DNA of 64,000 nucleotides from Verrucomicrobiota bacterium (GTDB lineage Bacteria > Verrucomicrobiota > Verrucomicrobiia > Limisphaerales > AAA164-E04). The position numbers were made by a program, and so were the translations under genes. Below, in pieces: positions 40,033 through 50,315 of the stretch (the stretch's first letter is position 1; every line of letters starts with the position of its first letter). The notes under the pieces are model-generated. The model was given only the letters and a program-made list of their open reading frames with translations, was not told the DNA's origin and did no database searches. The DNA lies in the NCBI GenBank assembly GCA_047947115.1, contig CP170459.1, positions 288,001 to 352,000 on the forward strand, given 5' to 3'.

Positions 40033-41214
40033 GTGAGCAAAAAGAAACGTAAAGAGTGTCCCTTATCGATTTTTCCACGCCTCAATCCGACAGGCATAAG
40101 AAAAAACATGCGGGCGGCGGACCTGATTGACGAAGCCTTCCTCGCATACAACGGAGGCCGCTTGCGCGAAGCCGCACGCTTGCTGACGGAACGCATGTTA
40201 CCGAAAGACGGGTTTATCGGGATGAGCCTGACCGGAGCTTTGACGCCTGCCGGTCTGGGCAAGTCCTGTTTGATACCTTGGATGAAGGCGGGGTTTGTGG
40301 ACTGGATTGTTTCCACCGGTGCCAACCTGTATCATGACCTGCATTACGGGTTGGATCTTTCCCTGCATCAGGGATCCCCGTTTCTGGATGATGTGGAGTT
40401 GCACCGCAGCGGGGTCATTCGCATTTACGATGTGATCTTCGATTACAACGTGCTGCTGGACACGGACGCATTTGTGCGCAGCGTGGTTCAGGGCCCCGAG
40501 TTCCAGCGTCCCTTGGGGACCGATGAGTTCCACTACCTGCTGGGCAAGTATGTGGATGCCCGAGCCAAGGCTTTGAATTTGAAAGACACTTCAGTCCTGG
40601 CGACCGCCTATCGCTACGGCATACCCATCTTCACAAGCAGCCCAGGGGACAGCTCCATCGGGATGAACGTGGCCGCGATGTCCCTGAGGGATCATCAAAT
40701 GAGTTTTGACATCAACCGGGACGTCAACCAGACAGCCGCCATCGTTTACGAAGCCAAGTCCAGCGGCCACACATCATCCGTATTTATTCTGGGAGGAGGT
40801 TCACCGAAAAATTTCATGCTTCAAACCGAGCCCCAGATCCAGGAAGTCATGGGGATCCAGGAAAAAGGTCACGATTACTTCCTTCAATGCACGGACGCAA
40901 GACCCGACACAGGGGGGCTGAGCGGCGCCACGCCGGCCGAGGCGGTCAGCTGGGGAAAAGTGGATCCGGAAACCCTGCCCGATTGCGTGGTTGCGTATGT
41001 GGACTCGACGGTTTCCCTCCCTTTGCTGACGGCCTACTGTCTATCAAGAAGTCCCAAACGAAAACACAAGCGGCTTTACGACCGCCGGGATGAACTCATG
41101 GACAAAATTCGGGAAGCATACCTGAATGTCGGCACAGTTTCCAAAATCACCACCAGCCGCAAGGTGGCCAAACGTTCTTCCAGCGTGGGACTCAAGAAAA
41201 AGCAGAAATCATGA
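40033..41214 (+). CDS. Deoxyhypusine-synthase-family protein (probable homospermidine synthase SpeY-like)
   Basis: [41 protein letters not shown] (catalytic Lys motif). Confidence 0.88.
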   Translation: MSKKKRKECPLSIFPRLNPTGIRKNMRAADLIDEAFLAYNGGRLREAARLLTERMLPKDGFIGMSLTGALTPAGLGKSCLIPWMKAGFVDWIVSTGANLYHDLHYGLDLSLHQGSPFLDDVELHRSGVIRIYDVIFDYNVLLDTDAFVRSVVQGPEFQRPLGTDEFHYLLGKYVDARAKALNLKDTSVLATAYRYGIPIFTSSPGDSSIGMNVAAMSLRDHQMSFDINRDVNQTAAIVYEAKSSGHTSSVFILGGGSPKNFMLQTEPQIQEVMGIQEKGHDYFLQCTDARPDTGGLSGATPAEAVSWGKVDPETLPDCVVAYVDSTVSLPLLTAYCLSRSPKRKHKRLYDRRDELMDKIREAYLNVGTVSKITTSRKVAKRSSSVGLKKKQKS

Positions 41215-41960
41215 GAGGGTTGCTATGTCTCCTGATCGGCATGGGTGTCACCTTGTCCACATTCGGACAGGAAGCTCCTGTTTTACGATTACTGACCTAC
41301 AACATCCACCACGCCGAGGGTTTGGATGGCAAGGTGGACTATGATCGCATTGCCCGGGTTATTCGGGAAACCAAGGCAGATCTCGTCGCACTCCAGGAAG
41401 TCGACATCCACACTCAGCGTACCGACAGGGTGGATCAAGCCAGAACGATTGCTTCCAAACTGGGAATGCATCAAGTGTTCGGCAGGGCGATTCACTTTCA
41501 GGGCGGTCAATATGGTCTGGCAGTGCTGAGTCGCTGGCCCATTCTCACCCACAAGGTGCATGCTCTTCCTTACCGCATCAACCAGGAGCCGAGAATTGCA
41601 CTGGAAACGCACATCAGACCCGACGAAGGAATTCCCGAACTTTGCTTCATTGACACCCATCTCTGTCACCTCAGTGAAACCACTCGATCAGAACAGGTCC
41701 AGCGACTACTGCAAATCGTTCCAAAAAACGGGCCTGCTGAAGTAATACTTGCCGGAGATTTCAACGCACGTCCGGACAGCTCACCTATGGAGAGGTTATG
41801 GGGCGAAGGCTGGCGGGATTTGTTGGGCGAACATCATGGCATTGATTACCTGTTGGCCCCCGGAGCTTCGCATTGGGAAGTAAGGTCGGCCCGCATCGTG
41901 GACGCGCCTGTGGCCTCGGATCACATGCCTGTTTTCGTTGAACTTGAATGGAAGCAATAA
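41211..41960 (+). CDS. Endonuclease/exonuclease/phosphatase family protein, secreted
   Basis: [32 protein letters not shown]. Confidence 0.92.
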   Translation: MRGLLCLLIGMGVTLSTFGQEAPVLRLLTYNIHHAEGLDGKVDYDRIARVIRETKADLVALQEVDIHTQRTDRVDQARTIASKLGMHQVFGRAIHFQGGQYGLAVLSRWPILTHKVHALPYRINQEPRIALETHIRPDEGIPELCFIDTHLCHLSETTRSEQVQRLLQIVPKNGPAEVILAGDFNARPDSSPMERLWGEGWRDLLGEHHGIDYLLAPGASHWEVRSARIVDAPVASDHMPVFVELEWKQ

Positions 41961-41997
41961 AAATCCGGGCTTCCACAGAGGGAAACCCGGATTTATT
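41956..41997 (-). terminator. Intrinsic terminator, best oriented for the minus strand (may be bidirectional)
   Basis: On minus: ATCCGGGTTTCC-ctctgt-GGAAGCCCGGAT-TTTT; the G-U wobble and the longer U-run are on minus. Confidence 0.8.
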
Positions 41998-42137
41998 GGG
42001 GTGGGGTAATTTTTATTCCAAGGATTGATCTGGTGAAAAATCGCTGGCGTGGTTTCGTCGCCATTTCATGTGTTCACCAAGCCATGAACTTGGGTGCGAG
42101 GAGAACAACAGTTTAATCTGAATAAGCTCTCCTCGTA
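41956..42137 (-). ncRNA. Candidate sigma54-dependent small RNA (~180 nt), possibly dual-function with an 18-aa ORF at 42013-42069
   Basis: Bounded by a -24/-12 motif and a terminator. 5' hairpin CGAGGAGAGC/GTTCTCCTCG (42135-42097) starts at the predicted +1; further hairpins; C-rich CCCCACCCCC before the terminator. Confidence 0.55.
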
Positions 42138-42148
42138 ACAAGGTGTTA

Positions 42149-42165
42149 AGCTTATAACATGCCAA
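42149..42165 (-). promoter_or_regulatory. sigma54 (-24/-12) promoter motif
   Basis: Minus strand TTGGCATGTTATAAGCT = TGGCA..., GG-N10-GC spacing exact. Confidence 0.6.
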
Positions 42166-42355
42166 CCAGCTCCATATCGTCGCTAAAGATTGAAGACGAA
42201 AAGAAACAAAAACAGCCGCCACGCCAACACATTCCCCCAATCAATTAACCTTCTTAAAGTTAGAAAAACCATAAGCAAATCCACCATCAGGTGCGAAACC
42301 CTGTAAGGAAAGTTTGAATGAAAAAGAGTAAACAAACCAACGTGTGGCAGATGAC

Positions 42356-42390
42356 AAGGATTACTCGGATTTATTCGGATTTACAAGGAA
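42356..42390. promoter_or_regulatory. Helically phased direct repeats, candidate upstream activating sequence
   Basis: aaGGATTac TCGGATTTA t TCGGATTTA c aaGGA; two perfect 9-mers 10 bp apart, ~230 bp upstream of the predicted sRNA start. Confidence 0.35.
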
Positions 42391-42445
42391 GGTCATGCGA
42401 ATAATTTCGTATATTCTAACACCTTTGGATTCAAAAGCACGCTCC

Positions 42446-45400
42446 TTAATCGAAGGCCCGAAGGACTCGTTTCATGTCCCCGGCCCGAACAAGCGTTCTC
42501 AAAGTGCGGCAATTGTGCTCATCCAGGATGCCTTCTGATTCCATATGATCTATCTGCCGCATGATTTCGGTGACAGCGTAGCGTTTCACCGAGCTTCGCA
42601 ATTCATTCTTGCTGGATTCAGGTAATGAAGAAAAGTCCAGTCTTGGCTCCGCGGCCTTTTGCGAATCATCTTCAGACCAAATCAAGTGCGAAAACTGAGT
42701 GTAAATCAACTGAACCAAGACTTCCATTTGGATAGGCTTGGCAAGGAACCCATCAAACGAGGATCTGACATAAGACGCCTGTTCATGTTCCAAAACATGG
42801 GCAGAGTAGGCTATGCATTTGGGCGATGCAGGCCCCAGCATCTGACGTATGCGCTTGAATGCCTCGGTGCCGGACATTTTTGGCATCATGATATCCATAA
42901 AGACCATTTCCACTCGATTGTTCTTAAGGTATTCGATGGCTTCCTCACCGGAGGTGACCGGCTCGCATGGAATCCCCCACAAGGAAAGCAGTCGGGTCAA
43001 TACTTTGGCATTTTGCTCCAGATCATCCACAACAAGTGCTCTGGGTGGAGCGTATTTCCACCTGGGCTTGGACAAGGACAAAAGATCCTTTATTTTTTCT
43101 GGATGCCCGGGGGCAATACTGATGGTAAAACTGAAAAGACTTCCTTGTCCCACCGTCGAATCACAGGAAAGATTTCCACCCAACACCTCCACCAACCTCT
43201 TTGCAATAGCCAATCCCAGCCCGATTCCCTGATGTTCACCACTTCCTTTCTGACTCCCTTGCTCAAAGGCCTGAAACACTCGCTGACGATCCTCGGGCAG
43301 CATGCCGGACCCCGTATCCTCAACTGAGAAATAAAGTTCAAATGGAACCTTGTCGAATGGATCTTCTGCTTCTTTGGGATGATATACCCGGATTTCCATC
43401 GTCACAGCCCCCTCGTTGGTGAACTTCACAGCATTGGTGATGAGATTCAACAGAACCTGCCTAATTTTGGCCAGATCACTATGAATAGTCAGGTGCGGCC
43501 AGGGAGGCGCACTCCGAAGGCTTTTCATCCGGTGACCACCATTCAAACTGTCCACAGCCCATTCGGAACATCGTATTTTATACTCGAGTCCTTTTTCCTG
43601 GCACGGTATGGCAACCATTCCCTGAATGGTATCGATCAACTCAGACAAAGCAAAATCTTCGAGTTGTAGTTGGATATGCCCCGACTCCATTTTTGAGAGT
43701 GTCAAAATGCTGTTGATAATTTTGAGCAAGTGTTGCCCGCTTCGCTCGATGGCCGACAGGCCATGGGACACTTGGTCATTGAGCATGGCATTACCCTTTA
43801 ACAGCTGGGAATACCCAAGCACTGCATTGAGCGGAGTGCGGATCTCATGACTCATTTTTGCCAGAAACAGGCTTTTGGCTTCACTCGCAATTTCCGCGTC
43901 TTTTTGAGCTTTTTCAGCAATTGTTCGAGCTTCCTTTAATTCCTGATTCACTTTCTCCAGATTCTGTCTGGTGGATGTTTCCTGTTTCAGCAACTGGTCT
44001 CTCAACAGTCGTGATTCTTTTCGATGTCGCAATCCCCGAACCACCATCGCCAACCCCCAAATCAATACCACCGAAGTTCCCAAAACCATAGGTACCACCA
44101 AAGCAAGATCCAAATACCAGGGAGGCACTACATTCAGCCTCAAAACAGCCGGCACGGAGGGATGCAGATCCGCATCGTAGGCTGTCAGTTCCAATGAATA
44201 GTCGCCACTTCTCTCTGGAACCCACTCAAAGCGATTCTCAGTAAGTATCAAACTTTGATGTTCCGCCTCGGGGGAACCGGAACATCGTATCTCCAGGCGA
44301 AAAAGATGCCGGTTGTCCGAACAAGCCGCATCCAAAACGTCAAAATCCAGGACAAGTCTCGTGTTCAGCTCAAAACTTGGAAGAGTTTCCGAAGGAATAT
44401 AAACTTGGTCAGCCCGGACAGTTTTAAAAAAAGTTGTGAAAGTTTCCTTCTCGGAACAATGCCGATCCACTCCATATTCGTTGGCAAACCACAGTTCTCC
44501 GGGAGAAGATTCCGCAATATCGTATATGGAATTCCCGGTAAGCCAGTCGTCCATCGTATAATGCATCATCATTTCCTGATGATATAAAAACAGCCCATTC
44601 GAATTGCTGCCGATCCACAACCTTTCTTCGGAATCTTCGAAAAGGCTCCAGATACCCGTGTCGTCCAGAAGCGTCCCGGTCACCAGAGGATGATACCGAC
44701 CCTCCACAACGGTCCCAACACCTTGTTGGGTCGCCACCCAAACCTCGCCTGATTTTCGCTGGAGGATGTCCAATGCCCGGTATGGACTCTTCGGGTTAAC
44801 ATGAGGCACAGCTACCCAATCGTTGCTTGTTTTGATGTAAATCCCAGTATCAGTTCCCAACCATATGCGGTCGTCCTTTTCCGCCCAAATGCACCAAACA
44901 TATTCATTGGGCAACCCTTGTGCTTCTCGCCATAAGCCATCAAACCTCAAAGCAACGTCCCCCTCATCAGTGGGAGCAAACCTCATGACACCTCCCCCGG
45001 CCCACTGCCTTCCTGCCCACAGGTATCCGGAGGGATCGTAGTCTCCAGCCAATACCCAATCACTGTAGGGAAGCCCATCTACGATTTCAGTCACCGATTG
45101 CCCCGGAGTTTCCTGAGTTGCCAGATGGTTCCCCAATAATGTGACGGGTTTTCCCTGCCGAATGAGAATATTTCGAGCATACCCGGGCAAAGGCAAATGA
45201 CGCAGCCCACGGACTGTCACCTCGGTGGTACCAAGCCATTCTGTCCCCACCAGAAGCCTATCTCCTTCGGAATCCCATCCCAGAGAAAAATGCTGGGTGG
45301 ATTGAAACCCAAACTTCTGCCCCATCCCAACCCAATATCGATCATTGTAACGACTGAACCCGTTGACCGTCCCCACCCACACATTCCCATGTTCATCCAA

Positions 45401-47539
45401 CTCGAGGGCGGAAATGTCTTCCGAAGGCAATCCGTCAGCCATGTCATATCGCATCCAGTAGCCGTTTCGCCATCGCCACAGCCCCTCGCCACGGGTACCC
45501 AACCACAACTCGTCGCGGGAACGAACAGCCATACAAGTGATCAAACCAAAGAAAAACTGGTCCGGAAGTCTCATTTCTTGCAACCCTTTCTCGTCGAGCC
45601 GATAAATGGAATGTGCCGTTTGGACAAACAAGACAGATTCATCAGTTGGCTTGCCAATGGAGGAAACCACCGCCTGTGACAATCCTTCATCCGCTTTATA
45701 AAGGATTTCGACCCCTTCCTCAAACCGAATCAAACCATGGTTCGTCGCACCCCACAGCGGCACATCTCCCTCCCACAATATTTGATTAAACCGACGTGAA
45801 GAAAGAATATCCCATTTGAGCGGAAGGGATTCTTCTTGGTAAATTTGAGGCATCGTTGCCTGGTAGAGACCTTTGTCGGTCACGGCAACCAATTTTCTTT
45901 TATCGGTGACAATCAGCTGATTCGCAACAGCACCTTCTGGAGACCGAAAAAATTGTTGTTCACCGGAGGCTTTCACCTTCAACAACCGGCCATCCTGGCA
46001 AGCAACCCAGCAAGCCCCGGAATCATCCTCCGCTATTGAAACCATCACTATGGTCTCCTCATGTTGAAGGGAAATACGTGTGAAATCATCTCCATTAAAG
46101 AAGTATAGTTGGGACCGATTGGCCAGCCAGATTCCTCCTTCTCCTGTAAAAGCAATGTTCTCCACCCGATTGCTCGGCATGCCATCTTTCAGGCCAAAGT
46201 GCTTCCATTTGCCAATCTTTGAACTGCTGATTTCAAAATCAAACCGATCCGAAAGTTCATCCACGTATATCTCCCTGCCGAGCATGGGTGATTGAGCAAC
46301 TTCGTCCCGTTTGGCAAACAAGGCTACCGGCAACGGCCGAGCGGACAACTGGTAACGGCCGGGTGGTATTCCGGCAAATTGATACCGACCACTCAGATCA
46401 CTCATCACACTGATACCCTCTGCCAGAAGAGTATTCCCTGGTTGTGACAGTAGGACTTCCACTCCGCTGACGGGTGTCGCCTTATCTAAAGCCCGAACAA
46501 ACCCTTCCACATTGAAGAGTTCCCCCAAACGCAAATGAACGATGGGATTGTCAGGTTGATTGGATGCCAAATTAATGTCACCACTGAAAGCGTGCGCATT
46601 CCCGTCAAACGCATGATACGCGACCTTCTCTTCCCCGGGAGGAATGAGGCTCAGGAAATCCCCATCGGCATCGGACATTAGACTAACCACCCCCCTGCCC
46701 CCCATGGTCATCTCAATCAAACACTGGGGCTGCGGGTCATCGGTTAGGTTCACTGTTTTACCATGCAGAATGGTGTGTTCCGGACCAACAACAACCCCCG
46801 GTTTCCAAGCAGGATTCCCTTTAATGCCAAGCTCGAAAGCCTGGGAGACAAAGGATGGCAGCGAATCCAAGTCAAATGTCCAGTCAACCAATTGCTGAAC
46901 CCTCAAATCCGGATTGTCCCTATCCCCGATCAAGGCCACTTCCGATGCATCAAGCATGCGGTTCCAGAAACGTACAGCATCCAGCTCACCCGCAAAGGTG
47001 GTCAAATCCCCTTCTTCGGTCCCCCCTAAATTCAAACGACTGCGGGTTGTCTGCAGAACATGGGTGGCCATTTCCTGTTCCGCCTGCCCGCCACGTCCAT
47101 CCAAATAAGCAATGGCAAGCTGGTTGCGGCGAAGGCAAATGGTCAAGTGATGCCAGGTATCCGAGATTCCGGGAAAACCAAAGCGATGCCTCGAAATGCG
47201 ATTGTCCGGCCCTTGAAAATCAACCACCAGCCCGTAGGAACCCTCCTGCAGGTAAGCGGAAACAGTGGTGTCTTTCAGCTGAAGATGGAACAACTGCGAA
47301 TTGGGTTGGCGACGCAGATATTTGAAACGGATGTCCAGTGAGAATCCGCCCCGAAATTCCACATTGTCACCCATGGCAATGAGAATTCCGTCATCAAATC
47401 CATCGAACTCCCAGATCCCTCCCCAGGATTGTACGCGCTCTTCATTGGATGAAGCGGCATGCGATCCGGAAATCAACTGGAAGAAAAGAACGACAGCAAA
47501 AATCAGCCTGCCAAACGAAACTGATTCGATCCGATTCAT
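42446..47539 (-). CDS. Giant hybrid sensor kinase: LamG + 2 carboxypeptidase-regulatory-like + beta-propeller + TM + HisKA-HATPase-REC
   Basis: WHHL..., FAGELDAVRFWNRML (LamG); SDLSGRYQFAGIPPGRY; DGLPSEDISALELDEHGNVWVGT repeats; FLAKMSHEIRTPLN; NLITNAVKFT; G.GLGL; FMDIMMPKMSG. Confidence 0.92.
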   Translation of the reverse strand: MNRIESVSFGRLIFAVVLFFQLISGSHAASSNEERVQSWGGIWEFDGFDDGILIAMGDNVEFRGGFSLDIRFKYLRRQPNSQLFHLQLKDTTVSAYLQEGSYGLVVDFQGPDNRISRHRFGFPGISDTWHHLTICLRRNQLAIAYLDGRGGQAEQEMATHVLQTTRSRLNLGGTEEGDLTTFAGELDAVRFWNRMLDASEVALIGDRDNPDLRVQQLVDWTFDLDSLPSFVSQAFELGIKGNPAWKPGVVVGPEHTILHGKTVNLTDDPQPQCLIEMTMGGRGVVSLMSDADGDFLSLIPPGEEKVAYHAFDGNAHAFSGDINLASNQPDNPIVHLRLGELFNVEGFVRALDKATPVSGVEVLLSQPGNTLLAEGISVMSDLSGRYQFAGIPPGRYQLSARPLPVALFAKRDEVAQSPMLGREIYVDELSDRFDFEISSSKIGKWKHFGLKDGMPSNRVENIAFTGEGGIWLANRSQLYFFNGDDFTRISLQHEETIVMVSIAEDDSGACWVACQDGRLLKVKASGEQQFFRSPEGAVANQLIVTDKRKLVAVTDKGLYQATMPQIYQEESLPLKWDILSSRRFNQILWEGDVPLWGATNHGLIRFEEGVEILYKADEGLSQAVVSSIGKPTDESVLFVQTAHSIYRLDEKGLQEMRLPDQFFFGLITCMAVRSRDELWLGTRGEGLWRWRNGYWMRYDMADGLPSEDISALELDEHGNVWVGTVNGFSRYNDRYWVGMGQKFGFQSTQHFSLGWDSEGDRLLVGTEWLGTTEVTVRGLRHLPLPGYARNILIRQGKPVTLLGNHLATQETPGQSVTEIVDGLPYSDWVLAGDYDPSGYLWAGRQWAGGGVMRFAPTDEGDVALRFDGLWREAQGLPNEYVWCIWAEKDDRIWLGTDTGIYIKTSNDWVAVPHVNPKSPYRALDILQRKSGEVWVATQQGVGTVVEGRYHPLVTGTLLDDTGIWSLFEDSEERLWIGSNSNGLFLYHQEMMMHYTMDDWLTGNSIYDIAESSPGELWFANEYGVDRHCSEKETFTTFFKTVRADQVYIPSETLPSFELNTRLVLDFDVLDAACSDNRHLFRLEIRCSGSPEAEHQSLILTENRFEWVPERSGDYSLELTAYDADLHPSVPAVLRLNVVPPWYLDLALVVPMVLGTSVVLIWGLAMVVRGLRHRKESRLLRDQLLKQETSTRQNLEKVNQELKEARTIAEKAQKDAEIASEAKSLFLAKMSHEIRTPLNAVLGYSQLLKGNAMLNDQVSHGLSAIERSGQHLLKIINSILTLSKMESGHIQLQLEDFALSELIDTIQGMVAIPCQEKGLEYKIRCSEWAVDSLNGGHRMKSLRSAPPWPHLTIHSDLAKIRQVLLNLITNAVKFTNEGAVTMEIRVYHPKEAEDPFDKVPFELYFSVEDTGSGMLPEDRQRVFQAFEQGSQKGSGEHQGIGLGLAIAKRLVEVLGGNLSCDSTVGQGSLFSFTISIAPGHPEKIKDLLSLSKPRWKYAPPRALVVDDLEQNAKVLTRLLSLWGIPCEPVTSGEEAIEYLKNNRVEMVFMDIMMPKMSGTEAFKRIRQMLGPASPKCIAYSAHVLEHEQASYVRSSFDGFLAKPIQMEVLVQLIYTQFSHLIWSEDDSQKAAEPRLDFSSLPESSKNELRSSVKRYAVTEIMRQIDHMESEGILDEHNCRTLRTLVRAGDMKRVLRAFD

Positions 47540-49074
47540 GCATTCTCAAGAATATACCGGGTTCCCCGAGACTGCCCGATTTTCCGGATCAGCCCCGCCT
47601 TCTCAAGTTGATTCAGGAGATAATAGGCTTGGTCAATATTGATCTTCAGTTCGTTCCGGCATTCCGCATTCCGAATCGATCCATGCTCGTCAATGTAATC
47701 AAGAATGGCTTTTTCAACGCGGCTTAAATGATCCGGCCACTTGCCGCCGGCAACGGCTTCCACAACCGGATCAGCTTCCGAAGCAGCAACCGAGTCAACC
47801 TGCTGACCGTAGCTGAAAAAATGAAGATGCTCCGGCTGAATACTGGCCCCTCCGGACTCAATCACCGCACGCTCCATGATGTTCTTCAACTCACGAATAT
47901 TACCGGGATAACCATAACTCAGCAGCACTTGTTTGGTTCCTTCTGTGACAACCGGAGCAGGTCGGCCCATTTGAGATGCAAACAGCAGCATGAAATGATG
48001 CGCCAGCAGCAAGATATCTTCTTTTCTCTCCCTGAGGGGCGGAATTTGGCATACGAATTGAGCCAGACGAAAATAAAGATCCTTTCGAAATACGCCGTCT
48101 CGAACAGCAACCTGCAGATCCTTGTTCGTGGCGGCAATAATACCCGCATCCACTTTTCTTGAAGCAGTCGATCCGACCGGCACCACAACACGTTCCTCCA
48201 AAACCCGAAGTAGTTTTGCCTGCATGGGCAAGGGAAGTTCTCCGATCTCATCAAGAAACAAAGTCCCGTTGCCAGCCATTTCGAAATATCCCTTTTGATC
48301 TCGAACGGCACCGGAAAATGAACCCTTCAAATGACCAAACAACATGGACTCCGCCAGCTCACCCGGTATGGCGGCACAATTGAGGCTGATGAAAGGAGCC
48401 TTCCCCTTGACCCGACCATGATGAATGGCCTTCGCCACCAGCTCTTTTCCCGTGCCACTCTCCCCACACAGCAGGACCGTAACCTTTTCATACGCCAGCA
48501 AGCTGTCGATCCGCTCCTGCAACGCAAGGGCTTGTTCACTCTGCCCGATCAATCCGGATCCGCCACCCTGGTCGGCGGTCTGCTCGGATAAAAGATCACG
48601 CTCAATTTCCGCGGTTTCACGACGTTGAATTTCTTCTTCAAGATCCCGGTTCTTGGACTCCAGCTCCCGCCTCAAACGATACAACTCCACATGCGTCCGA
48701 ATGCGGGCCATCAACTCGTCTTTGGAGAATGGTTTATTGACATAATCCACACCCCCGGATTCAAAGGCCTGAACCAGGGTTTCGGGTTCTTTGTCAACAG
48801 TGATGAAGATGACCGGGACAGGTGCGGTTTCCGGGACCTGTTTCAATACTTTGCAGGTATCAATGCCATTCAGATTTCCCGGCATACGGATATCCAGAAG
48901 GATCAAATCCATCGGTGTCTGACTCGCCACTTCGATGGCAAGATCACCATTGGGCACGCAATAAGCGTCAAAACCCTCGGGCTCGACCGTCTCACGCAAC
49001 AGCTCGCGATTTTCGGTGACATCATCAACCACCAATATTTTGGGATTCGTACTTTCCATGGTCCCTCCTGCCAT
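47536..49074 (-). CDS. sigma54-dependent response regulator (REC-AAA+) with a non-Fis winged-helix C-terminus
   Basis: ILVVDD, LLDIRMP, GESGTGKE, LFGHLKGSFSGA, LFLDEIGE, FRKDLYFRL, YPGNIREL; tail ILDYIDEHGSIRNAECR...GTRYIL; ATGA overlap with the kinase. Confidence 0.92.
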   Translation of the reverse strand: MAGGTMESTNPKILVVDDVTENRELLRETVEPEGFDAYCVPNGDLAIEVASQTPMDLILLDIRMPGNLNGIDTCKVLKQVPETAPVPVIFITVDKEPETLVQAFESGGVDYVNKPFSKDELMARIRTHVELYRLRRELESKNRDLEEEIQRRETAEIERDLLSEQTADQGGGSGLIGQSEQALALQERIDSLLAYEKVTVLLCGESGTGKELVAKAIHHGRVKGKAPFISLNCAAIPGELAESMLFGHLKGSFSGAVRDQKGYFEMAGNGTLFLDEIGELPLPMQAKLLRVLEERVVVPVGSTASRKVDAGIIAATNKDLQVAVRDGVFRKDLYFRLAQFVCQIPPLRERKEDILLLAHHFMLLFASQMGRPAPVVTEGTKQVLLSYGYPGNIRELKNIMERAVIESGGASIQPEHLHFFSYGQQVDSVAASEADPVVEAVAGGKWPDHLSRVEKAILDYIDEHGSIRNAECRNELKINIDQAYYLLNQLEKAGLIRKIGQSRGTRYILENA

Positions 49075-49109
49075 CAGATTTCGATTAGGCCACCCCGCCT
49101 ATATTCTTA

Positions 49110-50168
49110 TCAAGCCCTCAGGCCGTTTTTCAAATCATCAACAAAGGCTCGGACATCCTCTTCCCGGGTATCCCATGAACACATCAATCGACACCCACCT
49201 TCACCAATGAAAGAATAAAACTTCCATCCCTGCCCGTGCATGTAATCAATCAGATGCCGGGGCATTTCCACAAAGACGGAATTGGCTTCACGCGGGAACA
49301 TGATCCGAACCTCATTGATGGGGCTCAGCAATTCCTCCATCAAAGCAGCCATGCCATTCGCGTGCCGGGCGTATTTCAGCCACACATTGTCCTGCAACAT
49401 CCCCACCCAGGGTGCGGAAAGATAGCGCATCTTGGAAGCCAACTGCCCGGATTGCTTGCAACGATAATCAAATTCATGGGCCAGCTCGTGATTGAAAAAC
49501 ATGACGGCATCCCCGACGGGGGTCCCGTTTTTTGTTCCCCCAAAACACAACACATCCACCCCCGCCTGCCAGGTGATTTCCTTGGGTTTCAAATCCAGAG
49601 AAGCGACCGCATTCGCAAAACGGGCCCCATCCATATGCATTTTCAAACCCAGATGCTTGGCGCGACAACCCAATGCTTCCAACTCCTCAACCGTGTAACA
49701 GGTCCCCATCTCGGTGGCCTGGGTGACGGAAACCACTTTGGGTTTGGGATAATGTATGTCCGTGCGGCGCTTAACCATCTCTTCCACATCATCCGGACGG
49801 ATCTTGCCATTGGGACCAGGGATCAGCAGTACTTTGGTTCCATTGGAAAAGAATTCCGGAGCACCGCATTCATCCCGTTCGACATGCGCGTAATCGTGAC
49901 AAAGAATGCTGTGATAGGACTGCGACATGGATGCCAGGGACAAACTGTTGGCAGCCGTGCCGTTGAACACAAAAAACACTTCGCAGTCTGTCTCAAACAG
50001 ATCACGCAACATGTCCGATGCACGTCTTGTCCACTGATCCTCGCCGTAGGCGGACACGTGTCCACGGTTGGCTTCCTCCATTGCTGCCCAAGCTTCAGGA
50101 CACACCCCGGAATAATTGTCACTGGCAAAATGCCGTTCGCGAGTCTTTGTCGATTGATGATCGGTCAT
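49110..50168 (-). CDS. ltaE: Low-specificity L-threonine aldolase
   Basis: FASDNYSG, FNGTAAN, DECGAPE, HMDGARFANA, FGGTKNG, KQSGQLASKMR. Confidence 0.92.
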   Translation of the reverse strand: MTDHQSTKTRERHFASDNYSGVCPEAWAAMEEANRGHVSAYGEDQWTRRASDMLRDLFETDCEVFFVFNGTAANSLSLASMSQSYHSILCHDYAHVERDECGAPEFFSNGTKVLLIPGPNGKIRPDDVEEMVKRRTDIHYPKPKVVSVTQATEMGTCYTVEELEALGCRAKHLGLKMHMDGARFANAVASLDLKPKEITWQAGVDVLCFGGTKNGTPVGDAVMFFNHELAHEFDYRCKQSGQLASKMRYLSAPWVGMLQDNVWLKYARHANGMAALMEELLSPINEVRIMFPREANSVFVEMPRHLIDYMHGQGWKFYSFIGEGGCRLMCSWDTREEDVRAFVDDLKNGLRA

Positions 50169-50315
50169 TGATTCAATTCCTGTCAGGCAATTAAAACCCA
50201 GTCTGCCGACCACACCGGCGAAAGGCCAGCATGAAATAAGAGACAGCTTGCAGTTCATGCAAATTTATTGAAAAATGCTCAGCTCAGGTTCACTGAATAA
50301 TTTGATAAAAAACAA

